A DNA stretch of 64,000 bases from Caldilineaceae bacterium (GTDB lineage: Bacteria > Chloroflexota > Anaerolineae > Caldilineales > Caldilineaceae), in the NCBI GenBank assembly GCA_019637695.1, contig JAHBVG010000006.1, positions 29,227 to 93,226 on the forward strand, read 5' to 3'. A program made the translations under genes and the position numbers. The notes below the pieces were generated by a model. It saw nothing but the letters and a program-made list of their open reading frames with translations. It did not search any database and had not been told where the DNA came from. Positions 55,429-64,000 of this stretch are shown one piece after another (position 1 is the first letter of the stretch; each line of letters opens with the position of its first letter).

Positions 55429-56025
55429 ATGCCAGTTCTGCTTAAGTTTGTCCAAATTGTCGATGCTATTTCCGAGCGTCTAGGATCACTGATCACGCTG
55501 ACTGTCGTCGCTACGGTTGCGGTTGGCTTCTACAACGTGGTCGCCCGCTATTTAGGACGCTTCATCGGTATGCAGCTTTCCAGCAATACCTTTATTGAAC
55601 TGCAATGGTACATGTATTCGGTGGTTTTTCTGCTGGGTTTTGCTTACATTCTTAAACGCGGCATCAATGTGCGCGTGGACTTCCTCTACAGCAAGTGGCC
55701 GAAAGAGCGTAAGGCAAAGATCGACTTTTGGGGTCACCTCCTCTTTCTCGTTCCTTTTTGCATGATCGGCATTTGGGTGTCGATCAACCCGATCCTCGCT
55801 TCGTGGGGACGGCTGGCAAACGGCACTTGGGGACCGTGGGAGATGTCGCCCGATGCGGGTGGACTACCCCGCGCGCCACTAAAAAGTATGATCATCGTGG
55901 GCTTTGCGCTGTTGGCGCTGCAAGCGTTGGCCGAGCTTATGAAACTTTATTTGATCATGCGCGGCCGTGATCATCTCCTCAACATCGCCAAAACGGATAC
56001 CGAACAACCCCTGCGCATCGAATAA
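55429..56025 (+). CDS. TRAP transporter small permease subunit (DctQ-like)
   Basis: 198 aa with four hydrophobic segments, immediately upstream of the large permease. Confidence 0.8.
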   Translation: MPVLLKFVQIVDAISERLGSLITLTVVATVAVGFYNVVARYLGRFIGMQLSSNTFIELQWYMYSVVFLLGFAYILKRGINVRVDFLYSKWPKERKAKIDFWGHLLFLVPFCMIGIWVSINPILASWGRLANGTWGPWEMSPDAGGLPRAPLKSMIIVGFALLALQALAELMKLYLIMRGRDHLLNIAKTDTEQPLRIE

Positions 56026-56079
56026 AGCGCGTCTTTGTTATCCCTTGCAATCGTATACTTCATCCTGTGGAGAGACACG

Positions 56080-57426
56080 ATGGGCTATGAGTGGCTTGCG
56101 ATTCTGATGTTTGTCTTCTTTTTTGTGCTGATCCTCTACGGATACCCGGTGGCCTTCTCATTCGCAGGGACGGCGATTGTCTTCATGTTGATCGGCATGG
56201 CTGTCGGCGCTTTTGATGGACGCTTGCTGCGCATCTTGCCCAGCCGTTGGTTCCAGACCATGTCGGACTTTACGTTGTTGGCGATCATCTTTTTTGTCTT
56301 TATGGGCGCGGTCTTTGAAAAATCGGGATTGGCGGAAAATCTGCTGGAGACGGTGGGCGTACTCATGGGTCCGCTGCGCGGGGGGCTGGCGCTGGCGGTT
56401 GTCTTGGTGGGGACGCTACTGGCGGCGGCCACCGGTGTGGTAGCGGCCACAGTGATCGTGATGGGTTTACTCTCGCTGCCGGTGATGCTCCGCTATGGCT
56501 ATAACCATCAACTGGCGACAGGGGTGATCACGGCCTCAGGGACGATGGCGCAGTTGCTGCCGCCGAGTTTGGTGCTGGTGGTGTTGAGCGATCAGTTGGG
56601 CGTCAAGCTTAATGAACTCTTTTTGGGGGCGTTGATCCCTGGGCTGATCCTTTCGGGGCTTTATGCCCTGTACGTGGTCGTGATCGCCTTCTTCCGGCCA
56701 GAATTTGCGCCTGCTCTCCCACCCGAAGCGCGTACAATGAAGGGGGGCGCTCTCTTCAAACGCACGATCCTGACGGTGGTGCCGCCGCTGTTGTTAATCT
56801 TCGCCGTGTTGGGCAGCATCTTCTTTGGGATCGCCTCCCCCACCGAAGCCGGGGCAGTGGGCGCAGCAGGGGCCTGTCTGCTCACTCTTTTCAACCGCCG
56901 CCTGAATTGGAAGTTGCTACTCGAAGCCGGGCGCGCCACCGCTAACATCACCGCGCTGGTGATTATGATCCTCTTTGCATCGACCTACTTTAGTCTTGTG
57001 TTCGATGGATTGGGTGGCCAGAACTATGTGAAAGGGCTGCTCACCAGTCTGCCTGGCGGCTTTTGGGGATTTATCATTGTGGCCAACATTATTATCTTCC
57101 TGCTTGGCATCAATTTAGAATTCATCGAGATCAGTTTTATCGCCATGCCGTTGCTTGTCCCCGCAGCCATGGCGCTGGGCGTGGATCTCGTCTGGTTCGG
57201 CGTAATGATGGCCGTTAACCTCAACATGGCTTTTATTTCGCCGCCGGTGGGATTTTCGCTTTTTTATCTCCAGAGTGTGGCCCCACCCGAAGTCAAGACC
57301 ATTGATATCCACAAGGGTGCGCTGCCTTTTATGGGATTGCAAGCCATTGCCCTGATTGTGGTAATCGCCTTCCCGCAGACGGTGCGCTGGCTGATTGAAA
57401 TTGCCAACGCCGCGGCCATCCGTTAG
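56080..57426 (+). CDS. TRAP transporter large permease subunit (DctM-like)
   Basis: About 12 hydrophobic segments and DctM-type sequence. The ATG at 56080 ([11 protein letters not shown]) is preferred over the TTG at 56035. Confidence 0.9.
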   Translation: MGYEWLAILMFVFFFVLILYGYPVAFSFAGTAIVFMLIGMAVGAFDGRLLRILPSRWFQTMSDFTLLAIIFFVFMGAVFEKSGLAENLLETVGVLMGPLRGGLALAVVLVGTLLAAATGVVAATVIVMGLLSLPVMLRYGYNHQLATGVITASGTMAQLLPPSLVLVVLSDQLGVKLNELFLGALIPGLILSGLYALYVVVIAFFRPEFAPALPPEARTMKGGALFKRTILTVVPPLLLIFAVLGSIFFGIASPTEAGAVGAAGACLLTLFNRRLNWKLLLEAGRATANITALVIMILFASTYFSLVFDGLGGQNYVKGLLTSLPGGFWGFIIVANIIIFLLGINLEFIEISFIAMPLLVPAAMALGVDLVWFGVMMAVNLNMAFISPPVGFSLFYLQSVAPPEVKTIDIHKGALPFMGLQAIALIVVIAFPQTVRWLIEIANAAAIR

Positions 57427-57468
57427 TTGAGAACTACGTAGATCGGTACCTGTGTGGATGAACGTAAT

Positions 57469-57551
57469 GAGTAATGAGTAAAGAGTAATGAGTAAAGAGT
57501 AATGAGTATGAGTAGGCGAGGTATGTCTCGGCTACTCTTTACTCTTTACTC
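57469..57551. repeat. heptanucleotide tandem tract (GAGTAAW x7, 57469-57515) facing its inverted complement (CTACTC TTTACTC TTTACTC, 57532-57551)
   Basis: Read directly. Lies between convergent gene ends (57426 and 57572) and can fold into an imperfect long hairpin. Confidence 0.75.
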
Positions 57552-57571
57552 GTTCACCATGCGGTTAATCT

Positions 57572-57952
57572 TTACATTTTTGGGGAACTGCTGACCAATC
57601 CATCGATTGTGTCCATCACCTGCTCAACATTTCCCTTATTAATAAAAGCAGACGCGCCTCGCTCTAGGGCAAGTTTTTGGAAATACGTTTCTGCGTGGGA
57701 AGAGAGCATTAGAACCTGTACGGGGGACGCCGTTGTCCGCAGTCGTTGCAGCACTTCCCAACCATTCATTTTTGGCATTTCAATATCCAGGAAGAGCGCA
57801 TCAGGCTGTAGTTTTTGGATCAATGCCAACGCCTCTACCCCATCCTGGGCCGCCGCCGCCACTTCAATATCAGGCACCGTACTGAGAAATTTACAGAGAG
57901 CGGTGCGATAGGTAGCGCTGTCATCGGCTACGACAACGCGTACGGGAACCAT
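57572..57952 (-). CDS. single-domain response regulator (CheY-like receiver)
   Basis: 'VRVVVADD', phospho-acceptor 'ALFLDIEMPKMNG', 'VLMLSS', 'FINKG'. No output domain and no adjacent histidine kinase. Confidence 0.85.
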   Translation of the reverse strand: MVPVRVVVADDSATYRTALCKFLSTVPDIEVAAAAQDGVEALALIQKLQPDALFLDIEMPKMNGWEVLQRLRTTASPVQVLMLSSHAETYFQKLALERGASAFINKGNVEQVMDTIDGLVSSSPKM

Positions 57953-57998
57953 AGATCACCTCCTCATCCCCAGGAAAACGCCGATACTAACGCCTGGA

Positions 57999-58021
57999 TC
58001 AAAAACCCCGCTAGCCGGGGG
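57999..58021 (-). terminator. short GC hairpin plus U-tract about 47 nt upstream of the response-regulator start
   Basis: Minus-strand RNA reads CCCCG-GCUAG-CGGGG followed by UUUUUGA. The stem is only 5 bp. Confidence 0.35.
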
Positions 58022-58313
58022 GAAGGACTAACGGGGATATCAAAGGTTTTTGTATTGAACACCCCGTTTGTCGAAAATACCAACGGTGGGGAGAACGCAA
58101 ACAGCCAAAGTGTCGTCCATGCGAGTACGTTCGCTGTTCCAAAGGGTCGCTCTTAGCGTGCCGTTCAGTCATTCTCTCTCGTGTTCTGCTGGCTCTATCT
58201 TAGTACAGAGTGTTCTAGCCCTCAATGGGGGATGACATTCATCCGAGGGTAGGGGCATCCCTATCGAAGTTAGGGGTTTCCCCGTAACCAGCTATGAATA
58301 ACAGTCGGTTCCC

Positions 58314-59354
58314 TTAGTTTTGTACCTGTATACTCCTTATCGCCTGAATGACGACATCGGGGCGATCTATCAGGACGTTGTGGGTGCTATCTTCAGCGAC
58401 AATGAACTCGCCGTGGGTAGACTGGGCGGCTATTAAGGACATTCGTTCATGGCGGGCTGCTTGCATAGAGTCGGCCATGTTGCCGCCAACTTCAAGCGTG
58501 TCAGATGCAATAATAATCAACGGAATATTGGGAATTTGTCCCTGTGCGCGCACGAGGGTGAGATTGGCATCGTTAAGGCGGCTCTCGAATTCTTGTACCG
58601 AGGTATCCCACCATTGTGGATTTGCAACAAAGGTGTAATAGACCTTCGGATCGGCTGCCGCAGTCGCAATAAAGGGGGCATAGCCAGCCATTCCCTCTGG
58701 ACCGAGCAACCGGATCAGACCGAGTCTGGCCAACAGTCCAAAACTCTTGAAGAGACCCACTGCTCCTCGTTGCTGCTGAAGCATCTCTGCGCCTAAAATT
58801 TCATTGTCATACTCTGTTGCAGGATCAACCAAGATTAACCCAGCCATTTCATCCGCATGTTGGGCAGCAAAGAGGCGGTTAGCCAGCCCAGCATGAGAGA
58901 AGCCAACCAGTAAATAGGGTGATTCGATCTGGGCAACCGTCAACAATCCCGCTAGATCATCCGCAGCTTGTTGAGGTGTACGTTCATCATCGGCTGATCC
59001 GCTCCAGCCATACCCGGCCCGGTCATAGGCACAGACTCGGCTGTGCTGGCTCAATTCAGGCATAATGGCTGCCCAATCACTAGACCAGCCACCCTGTCCA
59101 GCATCCAGGATGACTGTAGGAGTGCCATTCCCCACACAATGGATATGCATTGGACGTCCATCCACCGTCATAATCTGTCCAGGAGCAGGAAATTGAGCCT
59201 TGACCGTCGCCTCTGCCCATGCTTCGTAGATCAGTCCGACAATTCCAATAATAACCAGGAAAATCACAAAGCCGATTAGGATTCTTAGCCCGATCCCTAT
59301 ACAACCAAGCCGTTCCGTTTGGGAATTCGTCACGGATGTTGTCATGCTTTGCAC
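58314..59354 (-). CDS. alpha/beta-fold hydrolase with an N-terminal membrane anchor
   Basis: TM helix, then 'PTVILDAGQGGWSSDW' and the nucleophile elbow 'LVGFSHAG'. Confidence 0.8.
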   Translation of the reverse strand: MQSMTTSVTNSQTERLGCIGIGLRILIGFVIFLVIIGIVGLIYEAWAEATVKAQFPAPGQIMTVDGRPMHIHCVGNGTPTVILDAGQGGWSSDWAAIMPELSQHSRVCAYDRAGYGWSGSADDERTPQQAADDLAGLLTVAQIESPYLLVGFSHAGLANRLFAAQHADEMAGLILVDPATEYDNEILGAEMLQQQRGAVGLFKSFGLLARLGLIRLLGPEGMAGYAPFIATAAADPKVYYTFVANPQWWDTSVQEFESRLNDANLTLVRAQGQIPNIPLIIIASDTLEVGGNMADSMQAARHERMSLIAAQSTHGEFIVAEDSTHNVLIDRPDVVIQAIRSIQVQN

Positions 59355-59461
59355 CTGTCTCTTCTGAAATTTATAGTGAGAGGTCGTCCCATAATTCAGG
59401 CGATTGGGCGTACGCCCAATCGCCTGATCTCTAAATCTAAGGGTGAAGGGAGTGGGTCTAC

Positions 59462-60589
59462 CTACTGATTTTGTGCATAGACAAAGCCAGCAAAGGCGAA
59501 TTCATTGAACTGGTGCCAGCTATAGACCTGGTTGCGGAACTGGAGCCACGGATCGTAGATGGATTTGAAATCGGCGTCCTGCTGAGAAAGCTCGTCATAG
59601 ATGGCGAAGGTAGCTTCCTGGGCGGCCGTCAGGATCTCATCGCTGTAGCGGCGAAGTTGGGTGCCGCCGTCCACTAGCCTCTGGAGTGCAGAGCCGTTGC
59701 GCATATCATAATCCGCCAGCATCGAGACATTGGCTTCCGCCGCCGCCGCCTTAATCGCCTCTTGGTACTCAGCCGGTAGCTTGTTCCACTCGTCCAGATT
59801 GATCTCCAATTCCAGGGTCGAGCCGGGTTCCCACCAGGCTGGCGCGTAGTAGAATTGGGCGGCGTCGTTCAACCCCAGGATCTCATCATCGTAGGGACCC
59901 ACCCACTCAGCCGCGTCAATCGCACCCGTTTGCAGCGCCTGGAAGATCTCGCCGGCGGGCAGCACCTGCACGGTGACGCCAAGACGGTTCATCACCTGGC
60001 CGCCCAACCCAGGGATGCGCATCTTCAACCCCTGAAGATCGGCGACGGTTTCGATCTCCTTGCGGAACCAGCCGCCCATCTGTGTTCCTGTGTTGCCCGC
60101 AGGGAATTGGATGACGTTGAAGCGTTCGGCGTAGATCGACTGAAGCATCTCCAATCCACCGCCGTGGTAGAGCCAGGCGTTCTGCTGGCTGGCAGTCAAC
60201 CCAAAGGGAACAGTGGTGCCAAAAGCGATGGCAGTGGATTTGCCGATGTAGTAATACGAGGCTGTGTGTCCGCACTGTACGGCGCCATCCGCCACCACAT
60301 CGAGGACCTGTGTGGCCGGGGCAAGTTCCCCTGCGGCGCGTGGGATAATTGTAAATTTGCCATTGGTGATGGCAGACACCCGATTCGTAAATGCCGTCGC
60401 TCCGCCGAAGATGGTGTCGAGCGAAACCGGCCAGCTTGTTGCCATCTGCCATTCAATCGTGGGCAACGAAGGATTCTCACTGACGGCCTGTTGTACTTGC
60501 CCAACGGGGACAGCGCAACCGGCGACGCTCAAAGCTGCGGCCCCGACAGCGCCTTTGGTTGCCAACCCCAAAAACTCCCTACGCTTCAT
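59462..60589 (-). CDS. TRAP transporter substrate-binding protein (DctP family, COG4663-like) with a Tat-type signal
   Basis: ATG at 60589: '[25 protein letters not shown]'. The body is typical of TRAP extracytoplasmic solute receptors. Confidence 0.85.
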   Translation of the reverse strand: MKRREFLGLATKGAVGAAALSVAGCAVPVGQVQQAVSENPSLPTIEWQMATSWPVSLDTIFGGATAFTNRVSAITNGKFTIIPRAAGELAPATQVLDVVADGAVQCGHTASYYYIGKSTAIAFGTTVPFGLTASQQNAWLYHGGGLEMLQSIYAERFNVIQFPAGNTGTQMGGWFRKEIETVADLQGLKMRIPGLGGQVMNRLGVTVQVLPAGEIFQALQTGAIDAAEWVGPYDDEILGLNDAAQFYYAPAWWEPGSTLELEINLDEWNKLPAEYQEAIKAAAAEANVSMLADYDMRNGSALQRLVDGGTQLRRYSDEILTAAQEATFAIYDELSQQDADFKSIYDPWLQFRNQVYSWHQFNEFAFAGFVYAQNQ

Positions 60590-60874
60590 AACATGCTCCT
60601 TTACGAGAGTGATTTGATCTGTTCCAATGCGAAATAGAAAGGAATGCACAGCAGGTACCATCGCTGACAGCGAATCGAACGTCTATTTGAAAGTGGAATC
60701 GAGACTGCCGACGATGAATGCATAAAGAGGGGGAACTGAGAAATATTGTATTCTGATCCATCGCGTTGTCAAATGCACCCCTCCGCGACCATAGTTGCCC
60801 TCCGCGCCAAAATCGCGTACCATACCGGTTAGGACAGTAGCTCCACCCTACCATCAAATAGAAAGTAGATCCCC

Positions 60875-61672
60875 ATGGCGAAGCCCGATCCTAAGTACAG
60901 TGATATTGATCTTCCCCGCGCCGCGATCAGCCTGCCCATCGACGGCGGACCCGTTCAACGTCCTGATCCTGATTTGGTGAAACAGCTAGAGCAGGTGAGC
61001 AGCGCCACGGCCAGCGCCATGATGCACCGGCTTGGTGTGCGCCAGACCTTTATCCAGGGTCCACTGCCGCGTACATTAGGGCGGAAGGTGGTCGGCCCGG
61101 CGGTAACGCTCTCCTTCATGCCCCAGCGCGAGGATGTCTTCTCAGGCAAGGCGCAGGAAGGAGCCGAGAAACGCAGCGCGCTGTGGGCTGTCTTCGACAC
61201 GGTAGAGCCAGGCGACATCCTCTGTGTGCAGGCGTTCGGCAGCCGTTATACCGGTTGTCTGGGCGAGATGCTCGCCACCTACTTCCGAGGTCGCGGCGGC
61301 AAAGGTATCGTCGTCGATGGCTGTGTGCGCGATTGGCCCAACATTCAAAAGATCGACGTGGCCCTGTGGACAGTCGGTTTCACGCCCAACTACGCCTCGC
61401 AGGCGGAACTTGCGCCCTGGGCCTACAATGTCCCCGTCACCCTGAGCAACGTCCTCGTCCTCCCTGGCGATGTGATCATCGCCGACGACGACGGCGCAGT
61501 GGTGGTCCCCCAGCAGATGATTCCACTCGTCCTCGAACACACACTGGAACATGAAGAGTGGGAAGTCTTCAGCCGGATCAAACTGGCCGAAGGCGGCGCG
61601 CTGAGCAAATACTATCCACTCAACGATGAAGGCTGGGCGGAGTATGAAGCGTGGAAGAAAAGAAATGAATAA
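60875..61672 (+). CDS. RraA-family protein (4-hydroxy-4-methyl-2-oxoglutarate aldolase / oxaloacetate decarboxylase-like)
   Basis: 'SSATASAMMHRLGV', 'GDILCVQAFGSRYTGCLGEMLATYFRGRGGKGIVVDGCVRD', 'GDVIIADDDGAVVVP'. Confidence 0.8.
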   Translation: MAKPDPKYSDIDLPRAAISLPIDGGPVQRPDPDLVKQLEQVSSATASAMMHRLGVRQTFIQGPLPRTLGRKVVGPAVTLSFMPQREDVFSGKAQEGAEKRSALWAVFDTVEPGDILCVQAFGSRYTGCLGEMLATYFRGRGGKGIVVDGCVRDWPNIQKIDVALWTVGFTPNYASQAELAPWAYNVPVTLSNVLVLPGDVIIADDDGAVVVPQQMIPLVLEHTLEHEEWEVFSRIKLAEGGALSKYYPLNDEGWAEYEAWKKRNE

Positions 61673-61673
61673 A

Positions 61674-61752
61674 GAATAAAGATTGGGCAAAGGCTCTCTT
61701 ATCACAGCAAGGTACTTGCCGCGGCGGGACAATCTCTGCCCAATCTTTATTC
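61674..61752. repeat. 16-bp perfect inverted repeat (GAATAAAGATTGGGCA / TGCCCAATCTTTATTC) with a 47-nt loop
   Basis: Arms at 61674-61689 and 61737-61752, between two co-directional genes. Confidence 0.7.
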
Positions 61753-61799
61753 ATCATTCTTCATTTATCCAACCATGATCCTAACCCGAGGAGATATTC

Positions 61800-62615
61800 A
61801 TGTTTCTCACCCGACACCAAACTTACACCGGTCCCCGCTGGGCCGTGGATGGAAAGTTGTTGCCGCAGGGGATCACGCTGGCCTCTTTGCTGGCGATGCC
61901 CCGCCAATCTATGACTGCTTTGTTGGAATCGCTCCCCGCTGGATCGAGCGCCGATGGCGATCTGCTGCCGCCGATTGAAGCCAATCAAGAGGTCTGGGCC
62001 TGCGGCGTCACCTATCTGCGCAGCCGCGACGCCCGCAAAGAAGAGTCCCAATCCGCGGCGGACGCCTATGACAAGGTCTACGACGCTGAGCGCCCGGAGA
62101 TCTTCTTCAAGTCCGCGGGATGGCGGGCTGTGGGCCACGGCGCGCCCATCCGCATTCGCAAGGATTCGGGCTGGAACGTGCCAGAGCCAGAACTGACATT
62201 GGTGGTCAACGCCGAGGGTGAAATCGTCGGCTACACCGCGGGCAACGACGTCTCCTCGCGGGATATTGAAGGCGAAAACCCGCTCTATCTGCCCCAGGCC
62301 AAGAGCTATACCGGTTCCTGCGCTGTGGGGCCGGGCATCCAACTCACCGGCGTGGAGAGCATGACCGATCTGCCCATCCATCTCGTCATCGAACGGAGCG
62401 GAGAGACCATCTTCGACGACACCGCCGCTACCAGCCAGATGAAGCGCACGCCCACGGAGTTGGTCTCGTATCTTTTCCGTGAGTTGAGCTTTCCCCACGG
62501 CGCGCTGCTGATGACGGGAACTTGCCTTGTCCCCGGCGGCGATTTCACCCTCAAGAGCGGCGATCTCGTGCGGATTTCTGTGGGCGAAGTCACGTTGGAG
62601 AATGGGGTGGCATAG
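61800..62615 (+). CDS. fumarylacetoacetate hydrolase (FAH) family protein, KdaD (2-dehydro-3-deoxy-D-arabinonate dehydratase)-like
   Basis: 'QEVWACGVTYLRSRDAR', 'PEPELTLVVNAEGEIVGYTAGNDVSSRDIEGENPLYLPQAK', 'LMTGT'. Confidence 0.8.
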   Translation: MFLTRHQTYTGPRWAVDGKLLPQGITLASLLAMPRQSMTALLESLPAGSSADGDLLPPIEANQEVWACGVTYLRSRDARKEESQSAADAYDKVYDAERPEIFFKSAGWRAVGHGAPIRIRKDSGWNVPEPELTLVVNAEGEIVGYTAGNDVSSRDIEGENPLYLPQAKSYTGSCAVGPGIQLTGVESMTDLPIHLVIERSGETIFDDTAATSQMKRTPTELVSYLFRELSFPHGALLMTGTCLVPGGDFTLKSGDLVRISVGEVTLENGVA

Positions 62616-62647
62616 TTCGGGGTCCGGCGGTTAGAAAGGAGCGTCAC

Positions 62648-63280
62648 ATGCTCTATCCGGTGCTTGAAGAGAAGGCTTCATACACGTTTTCAGATTATTT
62701 CAATATGGGCATACACGTAGAGGATATGCTCAAGCATTTTGGGTACACCTTTGAGATTCGTGATATGGAGCTGCCTTCGGTTGGGATAAGGTCGGACGGT
62801 GTACTCACCCTTCAGACAAAGTTGAATAAGCATTTGCCGTCGATAGATCTCTCTAGCGAAATTTCTCGCCGCGAGTTTTTGATTGCGCCAGTACTCCTGG
62901 AGTTGATTGATTTGATTCAGGTAAAAATCCGGTCAGAATACCCCATTCGGTATAATGACCAGTTGAAGGGAACGCTAGACTACCTGTTGCAAGCACAGAA
63001 AGTGCTGCTGATTATTGAAGCGAAGCGAGATGATTTAGTCCAGGGATTTACACAACTGGCTGCTGAGTTGATCGCATACGACGGGTGGACCGATAGCAAA
63101 GAGCCAATTCTGTATGGGGCTATCTCCACGGGCGAGATCTGGCGCTTTGGCAGACTGGATCGTACTATTAAGCACGTCACCCAGGATCTCTCGCTTTACC
63201 GGGTCCCTGCGGATCTGCACGAATTAATGAGCATCCTGGTCGGCATCCTGACGGGCGCTGAACCGGATAGTGATCAGTGA
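62648..63280 (+). CDS. hypothetical PD-(D/E)xK-fold protein (HsdR N-terminal-domain-like)
   Basis: ATG at 62648. 'SEISRREFLIAPVLLELI', then 'GTLDYLLQAQKVLLIIEAKRDDLVQGFTQLAAELIAY' gives a D...E-x-K arrangement. It is AT-richer than its neighbours. Confidence 0.5.
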   Translation: MLYPVLEEKASYTFSDYFNMGIHVEDMLKHFGYTFEIRDMELPSVGIRSDGVLTLQTKLNKHLPSIDLSSEISRREFLIAPVLLELIDLIQVKIRSEYPIRYNDQLKGTLDYLLQAQKVLLIIEAKRDDLVQGFTQLAAELIAYDGWTDSKEPILYGAISTGEIWRFGRLDRTIKHVTQDLSLYRVPADLHELMSILVGILTGAEPDSDQ

Positions 63281-63352
63281 TTCCATTGATCAGTCATCAG
63301 AGGGTAGTCGCTGATCACTGAACGACATTGAGCCAAGCTAAAGGAGACTCTA

Positions 63353-64000
63353 ATGCAACAGTACAAGAACCTTATCGACGGCCAGTGGGTCGATTCGTCG
63401 AGCGGTGAAACCTTCGAGAACCGCAACCCCGCCAACTATGACGAGGTGCTGGGGACCTTCCCCTCGGCCACGGCGGGGGATGTGGAACGGGCCATTGAGG
63501 CCGCCCACGCCGCCAAACGAGCCTGGGCCGATATGCCGCCGCCATCGCGCGGCGCCATCCTCGACAAGGCCAGCCGCATCATCGAAGATCGCATGGACGA
63601 GTTCGCCGAAGCCCTCACCCGCGAGGAGGGCAAGACGCTGGCCGAGGCCAAGGGCGAAGTGACCCGCGCCCGCGACATCTTCCGCTATTACGGGGGCGAA
63701 GGCTGGCGCGTCGGCGGGCAGACCCTGCCCAGCAATACAGGGGGCGAACTGCTCTACACCCGCCGCGAACCGTTGGGTGTCATCGCCCTGGTCACGCCGT
63801 GGAACTTCCCCATCGCCATCCCCGCCTGGAAGATGGCCCCGGCGCTGATCTACGGCAACACGGTGGTCTTCAAACCGGCTTCGCTGTCGCCTCACATCGG
63901 CCTGCTGCTGGTAGAAGCGCTGGTGCAGGCGGGCATCCCCAAAGGCGTGGTCAACTACGTCACCGGTGCAGGTCGCGCTGTGGGGGATACGCTGGTAAGC
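63353..64000 (+). CDS. NAD(P)-dependent aldehyde dehydrogenase, 3'-truncated by the window edge
   Basis: RBS aaggag, then ATG 63353. 'YKNLIDGQWVDSSSGETFENRNPA', 'GVIALVTPWNFPIAIPAWKMAPALIYGNTVVFKPA'. The frame stays open to position 64000. It is absent from the ORF track because no stop lies in the window. Confidence 0.85.
   Translation, partial: MQQYKNLIDGQWVDSSSGETFENRNPANYDEVLGTFPSATAGDVERAIEAAHAAKRAWADMPPPSRGAILDKASRIIEDRMDEFAEALTREEGKTLAEAKGEVTRARDIFRYYGGEGWRVGGQTLPSNTGGELLYTRREPLGVIALVTPWNFPIAIPAWKMAPALIYGNTVVFKPASLSPHIGLLLVEALVQAGIPKGVVNYVTGAGRAVGDTLVS

Noticed and set aside
57461-57555. Possible CRISPR array or minisatellite
   Set aside because: The unit is only 7 nt with no spacers, and no cas genes are present in the window. 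It is treated instead as a heptamer tandem tract forming an inverted pair.

Overview
The window reads as chromosomal DNA from a moderately high-GC bacterium. Gene content looks Chloroflexota-like and monoderm, but that is inference only. No rRNA, tRNA, CRISPR array, transposase or integrase was seen.

Layout:
(1) 0.8-5.2 kb: an internally duplicated BMP-family lipoprotein and a double-ATPase ABC subunit, with no permease genes.
(2) 5.2-45.6 kb: a very large glycan-assembly locus. It holds a Wzx-like flippase, Wzm, Wzt with a C-terminal extension, three large GT-C-like membrane proteins plus one decayed fragment, 11 proteins carrying 13 GT-A/GT-B modules, two SAM methyltransferases and a GNAT. 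It also holds four secreted enzyme-like proteins, one of which is frameshifted.
(3) 45.6-50.6 kb, minus strand: a helicase-loading operon. It comprises dnaB interrupted by a 429-aa LAGLIDADG intein, a DnaD-domain protein, and an AT-rich gene encoding two tandem DnaC/DnaI-type AAA+ modules behind a 4-Cys ribbon.
(4) 50.8-64 kb: housekeeping and catabolic genes. These are a DUF151 nuclease, a DUF3524-type glycosyltransferase, a LysM wall protein, an isochorismatase, a split TRAP transporter, an orphan response regulator, and RraA/HMG-aldolase-like, KdaD-like FAH and aldehyde dehydrogenase genes. A PD-(D/E)xK-like gene sits between the FAH and dehydrogenase genes.

Most interesting observations:
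- the fused tandem helicase-loader ATPase;
- a short shared C-terminal tail ([TL]-D-x-h-h-P-x-[VI]-[NS]-[RK]-stop) on three unrelated secreted proteins of the glycan locus;
- a domain/coiled-coil/GT2/GT4 giant protein with WbbB-like ruler architecture;
- helical tails with a shared motif on other proteins of the locus;
- a family of intergenic long-loop inverted repeats built from short tandem 'words', one of which appears in frame inside a GT4 gene.

All protein-family calls are by eye from the translations. No database search was possible.
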